A DNA stretch of 64,000 nt from Pseudomonadota bacterium (GTDB lineage: Bacteria; Bdellovibrionota; Bdellovibrionia; Bdellovibrionales; Bdellovibrionaceae): assembly GCA_041178425.1 (NCBI GenBank), contig JBEGVH010000021.1, forward strand, positions 49,608 to 113,607, read 5' to 3'. The notes under the pieces are model-generated. The model searched no databases. It saw nothing but the letters and a program-made list of their open reading frames with translations, and was not told the DNA's origin. Below are positions 9,901-17,252 of this stretch, one piece after another (positions within the stretch are counted from its first letter, which is position 1; every line of letters begins with the position of its first letter). Made by a program: the position numbers and the translations under genes.

Positions 9901-12751
9901 AAAGAGCGTTGATCGATGTGTAATCTAAATCAGGACTCAAATCACTGGCGTCAACGGTATATTGAAAATGGAGTGTGTCGGTGCCACTTCCATTAAAGTA
10001 GGTGGCGTAACGTGTAGGCCCGTTCACATCGAGAGCTACCGTTACTCCACTCCCCGCTACATACACAGGCTCACTAAAAACAACAGAGACATCGATGGTT
10101 GAGCCGGTAGAGTAGGAATCATTCGCTGATGAGCTAGTCACACTCAGAGCAATCGGAGAGCCGGTATCAAGGCGGTAATTGATCGAAGAAATAGAACAGG
10201 GACTCGCTCCAGAGTTGAGATCAAAACTCTTGGCATAGAAGGTACGAGGTCCGTCTCCGGTTAAATTTACCGAAATATCAGCAATTCCTCCACCAGAAGA
10301 AACCGCATATCCCACATCGGTGTTACATGTTGCATCCGAGTAAACATGGGCTGTGTAGCCCGTCATCACCCCTGTTACTCTCACAACCACCGGGTTTTTA
10401 TTGTCGATGGAATTAGTTCCGGGCCCCAAAGACAGCAGTAATACATGATTAACCGCAATCTCTTTATTAGCACCCAGAGATCCAGCGCCACCCGGACTGG
10501 CTAGAGTTGTGTCGGCTGCATTCCCGACTGCATCTTTCAACGTTGCGGAGCCGAGCGAGAGTGCCGCCGTTGATTGATAGTCGACATCGACGGTGAAGTC
10601 ACCGCTCACGATGGTGTATTCAAAGTGAAGCGTGTCGGTACCAGATCCCGAAACATATTGAGCTGATCGGATTGAACCATTGAGGTTGAGCGCTAGAGTA
10701 GCGCCGGTTCCCACCAAATTGACTGGCTCTGAAAAACTAACCGAAACATCAATGGTGGATCCGTTACCGTATGCCCCATTAGGAGTAGAGCTCGCCACAT
10801 TAGTCACTGTTGGTACCGTAGTATCGAGTTGATAACTCACCGACCCCAACGAACAACTGGTTTCCACCCCAGCGATGGACCTAATTTTTGAATAAAAGGT
10901 CCAAGAGCCATCAGAGGGAACGTTGAACGATACCGTCGCAAAACCACCACCACTGGAGGTCGCTTCTCCCAAATAATTGGAACAACTATTATCTGAAAAT
11001 ATTTTAGCAACAAAATTCTTCATCACACCCGTCACCTTGACGGAGAGAGGATTTTTATTATCAATCGCACTAAAGCCCGCTGCCAAAGACAAGCTCACTG
11101 ATGCATTAACCAGGATCTCCTTATTGTAGCTAAGAGACCCCATCGCCCCCGGGGTAGGTAAAGAGATTTGAGCGAGATTTCCCGCTAAATCTCTGATCGT
11201 GGCCGAGCCTAATTGCAGGGAATTCGTGGATTCATAGTCTAGGTCGCTCGTAAAATCATTAAACTGTAACAAGTATTGAAAGTGTAAAGTACTTGTACCC
11301 GAACCAGACACGTAAGTGGCTGACTGCGGAGTTCCATTCATATCTAATACCAGTGTCGCTCCCGAACCGACTACATTGACCGTCTCATTAAAGTTAACAG
11401 AAACATCAATGAGTGCGCCCGTCGTGTAGCTTCCGTCGATGGTCGAACTGGTTACACTGCTTACCGTTGGCGCTTGAGTGTCATAGGTATAACCCACAGT
11501 GGCCGTTGAACAACCCGATGAAAGATTAGCCGTATCAGTCACTTGGGCATAAAAATCAAAGTGTCCATTGGAGCCTAAAGTGACCGGAAGAACCACGTGG
11601 CCTTCAGTTCCTACCGCGCCTTGCGCAACTTCCGTCGAGCAGGATACGTCTGTATACAAATGCACCGTATCTCCTGGAACAGAAGCGTTCACCACCACAC
11701 TGATGGGGTTTTGAGTGTCGATTGGCAAAAGACCACTACCGAGCGTGAGAGACGTGGGAGTTTTTGGTACGCTGTTATCATAAAAGATTTGGTCTGTTGA
11801 ACAGGTCGAGACGTTTCCAACCGCATCTCTGAAATTAATTGAGATGGTTCGCTGACCAACATCGGGGAGTTCCCACGATTTGCTAGTTTGGTAGGCCTCC
11901 CAAACACCTGGGCCCGTGCAATCATCAGTATTGTTTATCTTCATTTCTGATGGCGAACCATTGGCGCTCAGATTTAAGGTTACCGTTGCCGACGTTGTTT
12001 GAATCGCACCGTTATTTATCGCAAGGCTCCCTCCCGCAGGAGCAGTGCTATCCTGTACGATGGAATCAGAGAAACAAGATGATTCATTATCGGCAAGATC
12101 TTTTAACTTAACGTAAGCCGTATTTGTTGTATCTATCGCAGCCAAGGCAAAGGTGCTTGTTCTGAACTCAGAAAAAGGTCTCCAAACTCCGCCAGAAGCA
12201 CAACCAGAAACGTTCGTAATATAGATAAAGTCGGGAGCGACATTCGTTCTGCTACCTAGAACCATGCTACCCAAGACCGAGAGAGACACTTGGGTAGCTG
12301 CTGTTTCCTGCGCACCAGATTCTAGAATCGCCGAAAGAGAGCTCATATCAAAGGAGGGAGCAACAAATTCAATCTTAGTTGGATCGGTTTCTTTTTCTTC
12401 GTTGTCGACAATCTTTAGCATGGCTGAAACGATTGGCCACGAACTCGTACCACTAGATGAAACCGCATGAACCACCGAACAGTTTCCGTTGGCATAGTTG
12501 AGGCTGGCCGTTTTCACCCAACTTTGCCCATCGTCAAAACTAATCATTAAATCTCGAGAATTAGGCTGACAGGAAACTTCGTATTTGGCTTCGTGAGTCG
12601 TTGAGTTAACACGAATAGATTCCGTGGCCTCCCCATATTGGGAAACCGAAAAGGTAGGATAGCTCAGCTTCAACGAGTCAAGGACCGTTGATGCCTCGGT
12701 GCAACCTACCAATACATAAATGCTGAATAACCCTAAAACCTTTCGCAGCAT
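989..12751 (-). CDS. Giant (3920 aa) surface lipoprotein/adhesin: tandem Ig-like repeats, Calx-beta-like domain, C-terminal RCC1/BLIP-II-type beta-propellers
   Basis: Lipobox-like LVGC at residues 14-17; S/T/G-rich repeats; many C-W-G-x-N-x-x-G-Q-L-G RCC1 repeats in the last ~720 aa. Confidence 0.85.
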   Translation of the reverse strand: MLRKVLGLFSIYVLVGCTEASTVLDSLKLSYPTFSVSQYGEATESIRVNSTTHEAKYEVSCQPNSRDLMISFDDGQSWVKTASLNYANGNCSVVHAVSSSGTSSWPIVSAMLKIVDNEEKETDPTKIEFVAPSFDMSSLSAILESGAQETAATQVSLSVLGSMVLGSRTNVAPDFIYITNVSGCASGGVWRPFSEFRTSTFALAAIDTTNTAYVKLKDLADNESSCFSDSIVQDSTAPAGGSLAINNGAIQTTSATVTLNLSANGSPSEMKINNTDDCTGPGVWEAYQTSKSWELPDVGQRTISINFRDAVGNVSTCSTDQIFYDNSVPKTPTSLTLGSGLLPIDTQNPISVVVNASVPGDTVHLYTDVSCSTEVAQGAVGTEGHVVLPVTLGSNGHFDFYAQVTDTANLSSGCSTATVGYTYDTQAPTVSSVTSSTIDGSYTTGALIDVSVNFNETVNVVGSGATLVLDMNGTPQSATYVSGSGTSTLHFQYLLQFNDFTSDLDYESTNSLQLGSATIRDLAGNLAQISLPTPGAMGSLSYNKEILVNASVSLSLAAGFSAIDNKNPLSVKVTGVMKNFVAKIFSDNSCSNYLGEATSSGGGFATVSFNVPSDGSWTFYSKIRSIAGVETSCSLGSVSYQLDTTVPTVTNVASSTPNGAYGNGSTIDVSVSFSEPVNLVGTGATLALNLNGSIRSAQYVSGSGTDTLHFEYTIVSGDFTVDVDYQSTAALSLGSATLKDAVGNAADTTLASPGGAGSLGANKEIAVNHVLLLSLGPGTNSIDNKNPVVVRVTGVMTGYTAHVYSDATCNTDVGYAVSSGGGIADISVNLTGDGPRTFYAKSFDLNSGASPCSISSINYRLDTGSPIALSVTSSSANDSYSTGSTIDVSVVFSEPVYVAGSGVTVALDVNGPTRYATYFNGSGTDTLHFQYTVDASDLSPDLDYTSINALSKGSATIRDLAGYDAVIVLPAPAGSGSLRANKDIKVNYFFGLTLAPGFNPVDSKDPVDVKVTGVMSGTTIKLFTDSDCTAKVAEVSASAGGSTVISIPLGSDGARIFYAKTTGSDNIESSCSTESVGYTLDTVAPTITNVTSTTPDGSYLAASRINVAVEFSEPVFVTGSGLTLSLDFNGTNKIASYVSGSGTNTLQFEYITTLTDFTSDLDYSSNAALVLGSAQIADEAGNTGVTTLPLPGAVGSLANNKEIGVNDSVTLSLGSGFNSSDNKNPLTVKVTGVMTGHTAKLYTDSSCSTSSVAQATALSGGLALVPVNLSTEGTHNFYAKIARPSGAESNCFPSTVAYHFDQTGPAVIGVTSANPNGSYSTGSFLNIAVTFNEPVVVAGSGLVLNLNMNGTSRAATYLSGSGTETLYFQYLTVAGDFTNDLDYVSTTALDLGSSTLKDSIGNNANTTLAEPGAAGSLGANKAITVNYNLSIHLNAGFNTTDNKNPLELTVGGVMVGQTAKVYSDNSCTQFVQQAVAAAGGTVSFSVNLSGDGLHQFYAKVLDTQGNSSNCTTSGVSYTLDRQAPTVANVTSSSANGNYTEGSVLNVSVVFSEAVTVAGTGLVLNLNMNGTTKAASYVSGTGTSTLQFQYMIANGDFSSDLDYESTTALVLGSASIKDSAGNDATLTLAAPGAANSLGVNKAISVNHNLGLALANGFNAVDTKSPVNVVVSSVMNGHTAKIYSDNACTVYKAEAVASAGGSVTVSVPLATNGAYTFYAKIFDLQGASSSCSTANVSYQYDTQVPTVTSVTSTTADGNHSTGATIDVSVDFSEAVDVTGTGLTIDLDFNGVTRTAQYISGTGSNRLKFQYTLVSSDLARDLDYVSTSALSLGSATVKDSAGNIGVLTLPAPGTTGSLAFNKALSVNYVIGLSLDAGFNAVDNKNPVGVNVSGVMTGYTALVYTDSACTGSAVAQAVSSGNGSALVTVNLTGDGDRTFYAKVKDLSNVESACSTASVGYRLDTGGPTVANVTSTNADGNFETGDLIDVSVTFTEPVTVVGSGVTLGLNLNGNLRSAIYSSGSGTDTLHFNYFPSVDDFTTELEYSATSAINRRTATIKDAAGYNAILTLPTMGAAGSLGYNKNIKINTNVGITLAPGVNAKDNDNPVNVVVSGVMTGATAKVYTESTCTNKVGEAVSSGNRTATVSVSLTGDGARTFYAQVRDIDNSDTACSTASVNYELDTQRPIVTNVTSALADGSYSTGTLIDVSITFDEVVSVTGTGLALALDFNGGARSASYSSGSGTNTLHFQYITVAADFTNDLDYGSTSALTLGTSSVTDGVGNLAILTLPAPGTLGSLSANKAIASNDTLALSLASGYNSLDDEDPVNVNVYGVMNGYMAKLYTDTACSIEAGSVVAGSGGTATVQVDLTGDGLRTFRARVFNGSNTEIKGCSVSTVDYTLDTGGPSVINITSTKANGYYTTGELIDISVTFGEVVYVTGSDLQLSMNLNGTHQAAPYVSGSGTDTLHFQYTASVGDFSNDLEYSSTTALNLGSGAIRDLFGYDATTTLPVPGAANSLSANKTIAVNFTVGLTLAAGVTATDTKDPVDIVVSGVMTGQQAEVYTEVSCTNLVGTGTSTGLGQATVSADLPGDGAYTLYAKIVGIDGGSTTCSQASVNYTLNTSQPTITNVTSSSTNKNYSAYELIDISVTFSDPVTVTGDSLALNLNLNGTTVAAPYNSGSGTATLRFSYFVRPGDLSNDLDYVDTSAMTLGTSTVKNALGTNANLTLPAPGAANSLGDNKSISVNHVQTLALGSGIAAVDSKTAITVRVNNVMNNWTAKVFTDSNCSTSAGQVTAGSSGYADVSFNLAGDGLRTFYAQVVSPGGTSSACSVNSVTYTLDTADPTITNVTSTTSDGEYNASAVVNVSVTFSEPVTVTGTDLKLKLKLYDDVEAFATYASGSGTSTLHFNYMVESSHMSADLDYFDVNSLIATSTTVRDSLNHNASLTLPTPGGAGSLAANKDIKLNYTVTASKIVPPPAATYYLNDVVEFVVYWNRPVVVTGSPVLSVQFATPATVVDFTYDSARSTSRESRFTYTVAASDLDLNGVELTAITGGAINNVFSAAATTTLPSGYTQFADVRVNGVAKPQVSLSNAVIELTENGGSGNVALSLLASASEALTVGLKAFPLAGILSTEYNFSSLSKAINSGVTSETLGFTVTDDGATSGLKLFSVQARSTTLGGISTSSAVSLVAVHDDEFGAGETVTMVASGTSHICVLLNSGKVMCHGSNSSGQLGNGTTTAVTGAQTAIASGATKIYAAADMTCAVLSDNTAKCWGANNYGQLGIGSTTNTGTPTAVRTSGADPTALANVQELSVSGTGACAIYTYLGDRRLKCWGQNNNGQVGDGTTTDQTSPVAVLGSADPIKAVATSFTHTCASTTVNTKLYCWGSNTYGALGLGGGACTGSCASPQLVTSSVDFAMLAVDNHSTCGLKLTSTNPDRGDVYCWGSNAYGQLGNGTTTNGNAIPGTAVSWGSGSLAKATKIYSSHYANGSFCADLDTPKTVCWGYNDGEFASTGNKTSPVETRFSAKVSKSSTMTCGASATGVVSCVNSPSAMRRALFADERRLVPQESLEDTPSLVSMSGKLNCFTASDSKVRCLTTSTTVTYVGDGTLGQRNNPVQIPSTNVADLATNSKGGCYVDTGGVLRCWGENYIGDGSSANTASATPTFVSADVAKVKSATTTDGTNSYNTACMLKTDGSLWCWGYNNGMFGLGNTTSATKPTKIYDKDVVDFAVSSDFMCAIVGTVIKCAGAGTQGQLGDDNETDSTVAVEAFNPFAGTKPVQISSGDQFACARFDDNSLRCWGKGSEGQLGNSKVLNNTYPKKINNLAIKNFAVGLAHVCAITSSNELKCFGLNSSGQLGTNNTTNANAPSAAILTSVTKVWLGDDSTCAVASGIFKCWGANTGLFSHRPSASTLIPVPGLQY
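3870..11760 (-). repeat. 12 tandem ~220-aa (~660 bp) units, each a Cys-pair Ig-like domain plus a 'DTxxPTVxxVTSxxxDGxY' Ig-like domain
   Basis: Recurring motifs DNKNPxxVxVxGVM...YTDxxC...SxCS and Y(V/S)SGSGTxTLxFxY...DLDY...LPxPGAAGSLxxNK, counted 12 times. Boundaries are approximate. Confidence 0.85.
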
Positions 12752-12761
12752 AACTATTTAG

Positions 12762-12789
12762 GTATCGGCTAGATCTTTTGGCTGCTTTA
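12762..12789 (-). promoter_or_regulatory. Sigma-28 (FliA)-like promoter for the giant adhesin
   Basis: Minus strand TAAA-N16-GCCGATAC, ending 10 nt before the ATG. Confidence 0.6.
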
Positions 12790-13013
12790 ATTCAAATCAT
12801 TCAAAAATGAGACTTCTTGATATTTTGTCAAAATCTTTAACAAAAAAACTGTTTTTCCTGCGGCTCTAACAGCCACCGGGACCCACCAGTCTGTCTTTTT
12901 ATGAATCGTCCTTTGTTTCAAAAAAAATCACTGCGCCCGATCTGTTACAGGTCGAAACAAATAGCTCCTATTTTTAGATAAACAAAAAGACTCCGCCTAT
13001 AATAGGGCGTGGA

Positions 13014-14306
13014 GTGAAGATGCGAAATCAACTGAGGGAAGGGAAACGCCATTATTGGAGAAGGGTCGCTGTTTTTCTAGTCGTTTTTGGAACGACTGGG
13101 CTTCTCTTATTTTCATTTCAGAATTTTACAAAAAACTCTACCCAAGAGGGAAAAATCGATAGCCTCAGCTCAGCTCCCACACAAGATATTCAATCTTGGT
13201 CGCGGGGCTTAGATCCCCTCCTTAATAACGCGCTTTCCGCCATCGACGTCAAATACTCTCCCCTTTTATCGAGTTTAGCCAAATGCCCAGGTCGTAGTCG
13301 CGAACTTAAAATTGAAAGTTTACGGACAAAAATGGATCTCTTGCGTTCGAGCTTTTATACTAATCTACCATTGGCGGGGATTAATGCATCACACGCTTTT
13401 CTTTCGGAAAGCGCTAAAACTCTAACGCTCCTTTCAAATGAACTCTCAGCGATCCCGCGACCCGAAGTGCACGTGATTGCTATGCACGAGCCCAGAGAAA
13501 AAGGAGCGCACCCCGTGCGCATCTTAGTCACTGGGCATGGGACTGGAGTTTTACTTCTCTCCTCCTACGAAAGCGCTCACTTTGAGGTTGAGGTCAATCC
13601 TGGGGCCACCCTTAAGCGGGTTATCGTCCATGGTTACAAAAACCATAAGATTTCTGGTGTCGATATCTCTATCATTGAAAGACGCGACAACCCAAACGCT
13701 TTCAAGATAAGCGCCTACAACACCGACTACGCAAAGGCCCTTCTGGATTTTTTTATGTCTGAGGAAACTCGCCAAACGGGTACTTGCCTTGATTTTACAA
13801 TGGCAAGTCACCAAGGTGCATATTCGGGCACAACCGCTCCGAACGGAATCTACACAGTGAACTTAGCTCATTCCCCTTCGACCAATGAAATACCAATGAT
13901 GATCTCGCTCACTATTAATGGTGAGTGTCTTACTCAGGATTCTATTCGCGGAGGGGGCCAATACCCAGATCAGTCGCGAGAATCATGCATCAGTAAGTGT
14001 AAGGATTTTTTTAATAGCGCATCCGCCTTAGCTAAAGTGTATGACTGTCGCTTTTTAGCTTCAAATAAGGACGAGGTTGTTCTCTCTGGACGAGCGCCTC
14101 TTGCCCAGTCAAGCACCAACGGACAATGTGTGACTCAAGACTCAATTCGTGGCGGAAAAAGATTTTCAATAAAAAATCGCAAAGCATGTATCAGTGAATG
14201 TAAAGAGTTTCTCTCAGAAGCTTCCCCAATTGCTCGCGTATACGATTGCAGAATGGTCTCTGCGGGCAAAGAAGAAATTGTTTTGCCCGGCCGAACCGCT
14301 CTCTAA
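13014..14306 (+). CDS. Exported hypothetical protein with two C-terminal Cys-rich repeats
   Basis: N-terminal hydrophobic segment ending ...FSFQNF; two repeats of NGxCxTQDSIRGG...CISxCKxF...VYDCR...LxGR. Confidence 0.7.
   Translation: MKMRNQLREGKRHYWRRVAVFLVVFGTTGLLLFSFQNFTKNSTQEGKIDSLSSAPTQDIQSWSRGLDPLLNNALSAIDVKYSPLLSSLAKCPGRSRELKIESLRTKMDLLRSSFYTNLPLAGINASHAFLSESAKTLTLLSNELSAIPRPEVHVIAMHEPREKGAHPVRILVTGHGTGVLLLSSYESAHFEVEVNPGATLKRVIVHGYKNHKISGVDISIIERRDNPNAFKISAYNTDYAKALLDFFMSEETRQTGTCLDFTMASHQGAYSGTTAPNGIYTVNLAHSPSTNEIPMMISLTINGECLTQDSIRGGGQYPDQSRESCISKCKDFFNSASALAKVYDCRFLASNKDEVVLSGRAPLAQSSTNGQCVTQDSIRGGKRFSIKNRKACISECKEFLSEASPIARVYDCRMVSAGKEEIVLPGRTAL
13917..14303 (+). repeat. Intragenic duplicated 4-Cys module (period 201 bp / 67 aa)
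   Basis: Copies start at 13917 and 14118 with near-identical motif spacing. Confidence 0.8.
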
Positions 14307-14307
14307 A

Positions 14308-14790
14308 TTAATCTTGAGTGGGATCTTTTTCTCTCATACCTGCAATATCCGGCACACCCAGTAATTGATTGATCTTGCCCGCTACTTCATGGAGCAAGTC
14401 GCTCTTTCTAAACCTCAATGGCTCGATGAGCTCACCTTTTTTTCTGGCTTCTTGAAACTTATCTAAATAAGCCAATAAAGAAACCAGCGGTCCCACGATT
14501 TTATGGGAATACCATATATAAAAAGCAGCGCCCAAAATACCAAACACGCAAAGTGAAATAACTATTTGGTTCAGGACTCTCTCAAAACCCGCGAGAATCC
14601 TCTGGTAATAAACTCCGTCTTTGGAAATTCCCCCTTCCATCGCAAAATTTAACAATTCGTTAAAGAAGTTTTGAAGAAACCAAAGACATAAGCCAAATAA
14701 ACTAAACATGCATAGCAGGTGAACACCTACAAAAATCCACTGAATCGGGGGACTATTAACGAACTTTAATCGCATCTTCATTGAATTCAC
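14308..14790 (-). CDS. Two-TM membrane protein with a HAMP-like C-terminus
   Basis: Two hydrophobic helices followed by SHKIVGPL...LRFRKSDLLHEVAGKIN. Confidence 0.6.
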   Translation of the reverse strand: MNSMKMRLKFVNSPPIQWIFVGVHLLCMFSLFGLCLWFLQNFFNELLNFAMEGGISKDGVYYQRILAGFERVLNQIVISLCVFGILGAAFYIWYSHKIVGPLVSLLAYLDKFQEARKKGELIEPLRFRKSDLLHEVAGKINQLLGVPDIAGMREKDPTQD

Positions 14791-15780
14791 CTATATGCCT
14801 GCAACAAGGGAAACACCAACTGAAAAGGGATTCACTTCGTTAATGCCGCCCTTCTTCTGATCACTGGTGGGTTTTATGTTCGCTACACTAAGATCACCTC
14901 TCACCTGAACCTCCGTTGCAAGTCGATAAGAAGCTCCAGCACCTATATTGAGCGCACTTTCAAGTTGAGCACCACCAATGACAGGCTCTTTGAGAAGCTC
15001 AAAGCGACCTACGAGTGACATAATATCATTCATCGGCATAGTACCAAAGACACCCGCCGCGACCGTCGCCTTTTCAAAACCTGAGGTTTTTTTGTAATCT
15101 AAGCAGGCCTCCATAGTAACACTGCCCAATTGCATTCCACCGGTGATATCAATCAAAAGATTCGTACGATTATTGCCAGTTCCAGAATCACTCAGCAGAA
15201 TTCCTGCGCCACCCTTCACGTCGTAGTTGGCGTAATGGGCATGGACTCCAAACTCAGGCGTATCATCGTTATCCATCGCGCCCTTGCCGGGAGGGTTTCC
15301 GAGCAAACCACGAAACACCAGTTTTTGACGAGACATTGTCACCATGGCGCCGGCATGAACTAATGGATGCACATAGGCCTTGATAGCGCCCATATTGGCG
15401 AACAGGCGATCTCTTGAATCATTCGCTTCGACACCAAAAATAGTATCAAACTGACCCACCTTGGTAACTACGTTGGATCGCGTGATCTGAATGTAAGCTT
15501 GAGAGCGAGTGGTTGAAAAATCAAAGGCTGGCGTTTGAGAACTATTAAAGGCAAGATCAACAAGCGCTGAGTTTCCATCGCCAAAATCTTTAGCTAAACC
15601 GAAAGAGGCATCGTTAATTGTAAACCCCTTATCGCCAACCAAATTCACCCAGTCTTTGTTCCCATAACGAGTTTCAATATCTACAAAACTTTTAGAGCGA
15701 TTTAAATTTCTGCCTTGAGACATCGCTCCGAACGAAAACATAACCACTGAAAAAAAGGCCACAATAAAACCCAAACGCAT
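14791..15780 (-). CDS. Putative outer-membrane beta-barrel porin
   Basis: Signal peptide from ATG 15780 (MRLGFIVAFF...AMS); 'QAYI...KVGQFDTIFGVE' porin-like motif; amphipathic strands. Confidence 0.65.
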   Translation of the reverse strand: MRLGFIVAFFSVVMFSFGAMSQGRNLNRSKSFVDIETRYGNKDWVNLVGDKGFTINDASFGLAKDFGDGNSALVDLAFNSSQTPAFDFSTTRSQAYIQITRSNVVTKVGQFDTIFGVEANDSRDRLFANMGAIKAYVHPLVHAGAMVTMSRQKLVFRGLLGNPPGKGAMDNDDTPEFGVHAHYANYDVKGGAGILLSDSGTGNNRTNLLIDITGGMQLGSVTMEACLDYKKTSGFEKATVAAGVFGTMPMNDIMSLVGRFELLKEPVIGGAQLESALNIGAGASYRLATEVQVRGDLSVANIKPTSDQKKGGINEVNPFSVGVSLVAGI

Positions 15781-15947
15781 TTTACCCCCAAAAATCAAAC
15801 TCAGCCTGCATTATTTGGAGAGGTCGGATGGTTTGTCACCAAAAATAAGCAGTAAAAACTCCTCAAAAAAAGAGAAACTTTTTTTAGTTAACTCTTCGCT
15901 TTTTTTTCAAAAGTCAGTAACCTCTTAGTCAGGGAGTTCCAGGGGCG

Positions 15948-17252
15948 ATGAAGCAAACGATCGATAAACTTTTGAAAATAAAAAAAGACGAAAGAACTGC
16001 GGTCTTTTTTTCCTTTTTATACTTTTTCTCGGTTCTCGCCTCTTACTACGTTCTACGCCCACTGAGGGATGAAATGTCGATGCAGATGGGCTCTGCGCAT
16101 CTGCAAAATAACTTTTTTACTGTGTTTATAACAATGCTTGCCCTGGTACCACTCTTTGGATGGCTCACAAAAAAATATGCCCGAGCTTTTATTCTGCCAA
16201 GAATTTACACCTTTTGCCTTGCGGTGTTGCTGATCTTTTACTTTCTTTTTGAACAAGGGGGCCAGCAAATCACCTGGTTGGCTCGTTCTTTTTTTGTCTG
16301 GGTTAGTGTTTATAACCTTTTTGCCGTCTCCGTTTTTTGGAGTTACATGGCCGACATCTTTACTACGGAGCAGTCAAGCCGCCTCAACGGATTGATCAGT
16401 GCGGGTGGAACTCTTGGCGCCCTGACAGGGCCCTTAGTGACCACCCTCTTTATAGAATCTGTAGGCATAAAGAATCTTCTCCTGGTCTCCGGAGCTTTTC
16501 TTGCGGTTGCTATTTTTTGCCTACAAAAGCTCCGCCATCAGAGCGGAAGTCGGGTGGCTGCTCAAGTCGATATCATCGAACACGAGTCGGGGTTTCGAGG
16601 CTCGATTTTCTCTGGGCTGATAGATATTTTTCAATCTCATTATCTGTTGGGAATATGTATTTTCTTGTTTACCTACGCCACGCTTTCAACATTTTTATAT
16701 GGAATTTCTACTGATCTAATTCCAAAACTTGTAACCGATCCCTTGCAACGAACAAAGCTTTTAGCGCAAATTGATCTTGCGGTGAATCTTGTTGCCCTCG
16801 TGGGCCAATTTTTTGTTTTTGGAACCCTGGTTAAAAAATTTAGTCGAGGCGTAGCCCTCGTTCTGCTACCCTTTCTCTCGGTTGTGGGATTCGCCCTCTT
16901 CGGATTGACTGAAAACCTGTGGGCCCTTATGGGATTTGCCGTTCTTCGACGTGCGGGTGAGTATTCGATTTCTAAACCCACACGAGAAACCTTGTTTAAT
17001 GTACTGCCACCCACCCAAAAATACAGAGCCAAAAACGTGATTGATACGCTCGTGCATAGAACGGGTGATGTTCTCTCAGTGAGTGTCTTTGCGGTATTGC
17101 AAAAACTTGGCCTCACAATGCAAAGCTTTTCGATTTTATCGATTGGCCTATCGATTCTTTGGGCCTTGAATTCTCTGTGGCTGGCAAAAAAGGCAGACAC
17201 TCTTCTTCGAGAGGCCCGCGCCCACAAGCACGAACCAGGAGTGCACACTTAA
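15948..17252 (+). CDS. MFS transporter, NTP/NDP (ATP/ADP translocase-like) family
   Basis: Motifs SYYVLRPLRDEM, WVSVYNLFAVSVFWS, RRAGEYSISKPTRE, KYRAKNVIDT; about 12 TM segments. Confidence 0.75.
   Translation: MKQTIDKLLKIKKDERTAVFFSFLYFFSVLASYYVLRPLRDEMSMQMGSAHLQNNFFTVFITMLALVPLFGWLTKKYARAFILPRIYTFCLAVLLIFYFLFEQGGQQITWLARSFFVWVSVYNLFAVSVFWSYMADIFTTEQSSRLNGLISAGGTLGALTGPLVTTLFIESVGIKNLLLVSGAFLAVAIFCLQKLRHQSGSRVAAQVDIIEHESGFRGSIFSGLIDIFQSHYLLGICIFLFTYATLSTFLYGISTDLIPKLVTDPLQRTKLLAQIDLAVNLVALVGQFFVFGTLVKKFSRGVALVLLPFLSVVGFALFGLTENLWALMGFAVLRRAGEYSISKPTRETLFNVLPPTQKYRAKNVIDTLVHRTGDVLSVSVFAVLQKLGLTMQSFSILSIGLSILWALNSLWLAKKADTLLREARAHKHEPGVHT

Noticed and set aside
3870..11760. Repeats as a CRISPR array or DGR template/variable pair
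   Set aside because: The period is ~660 bp, in frame and diverged; there are no cas or reverse transcriptase genes and no adenine-specific near-identical pair was seen.
1053..12470. Many short ORFs overlapping the giant gene
   Set aside because: They are antisense or out-of-frame shadows of a long coding sequence, with no recognisable motifs.
16673..17248. 191-aa antisense ORF (similarly 44983-45654 and 19946-20449)
   Set aside because: These lie opposite well-supported genes and have no motifs.
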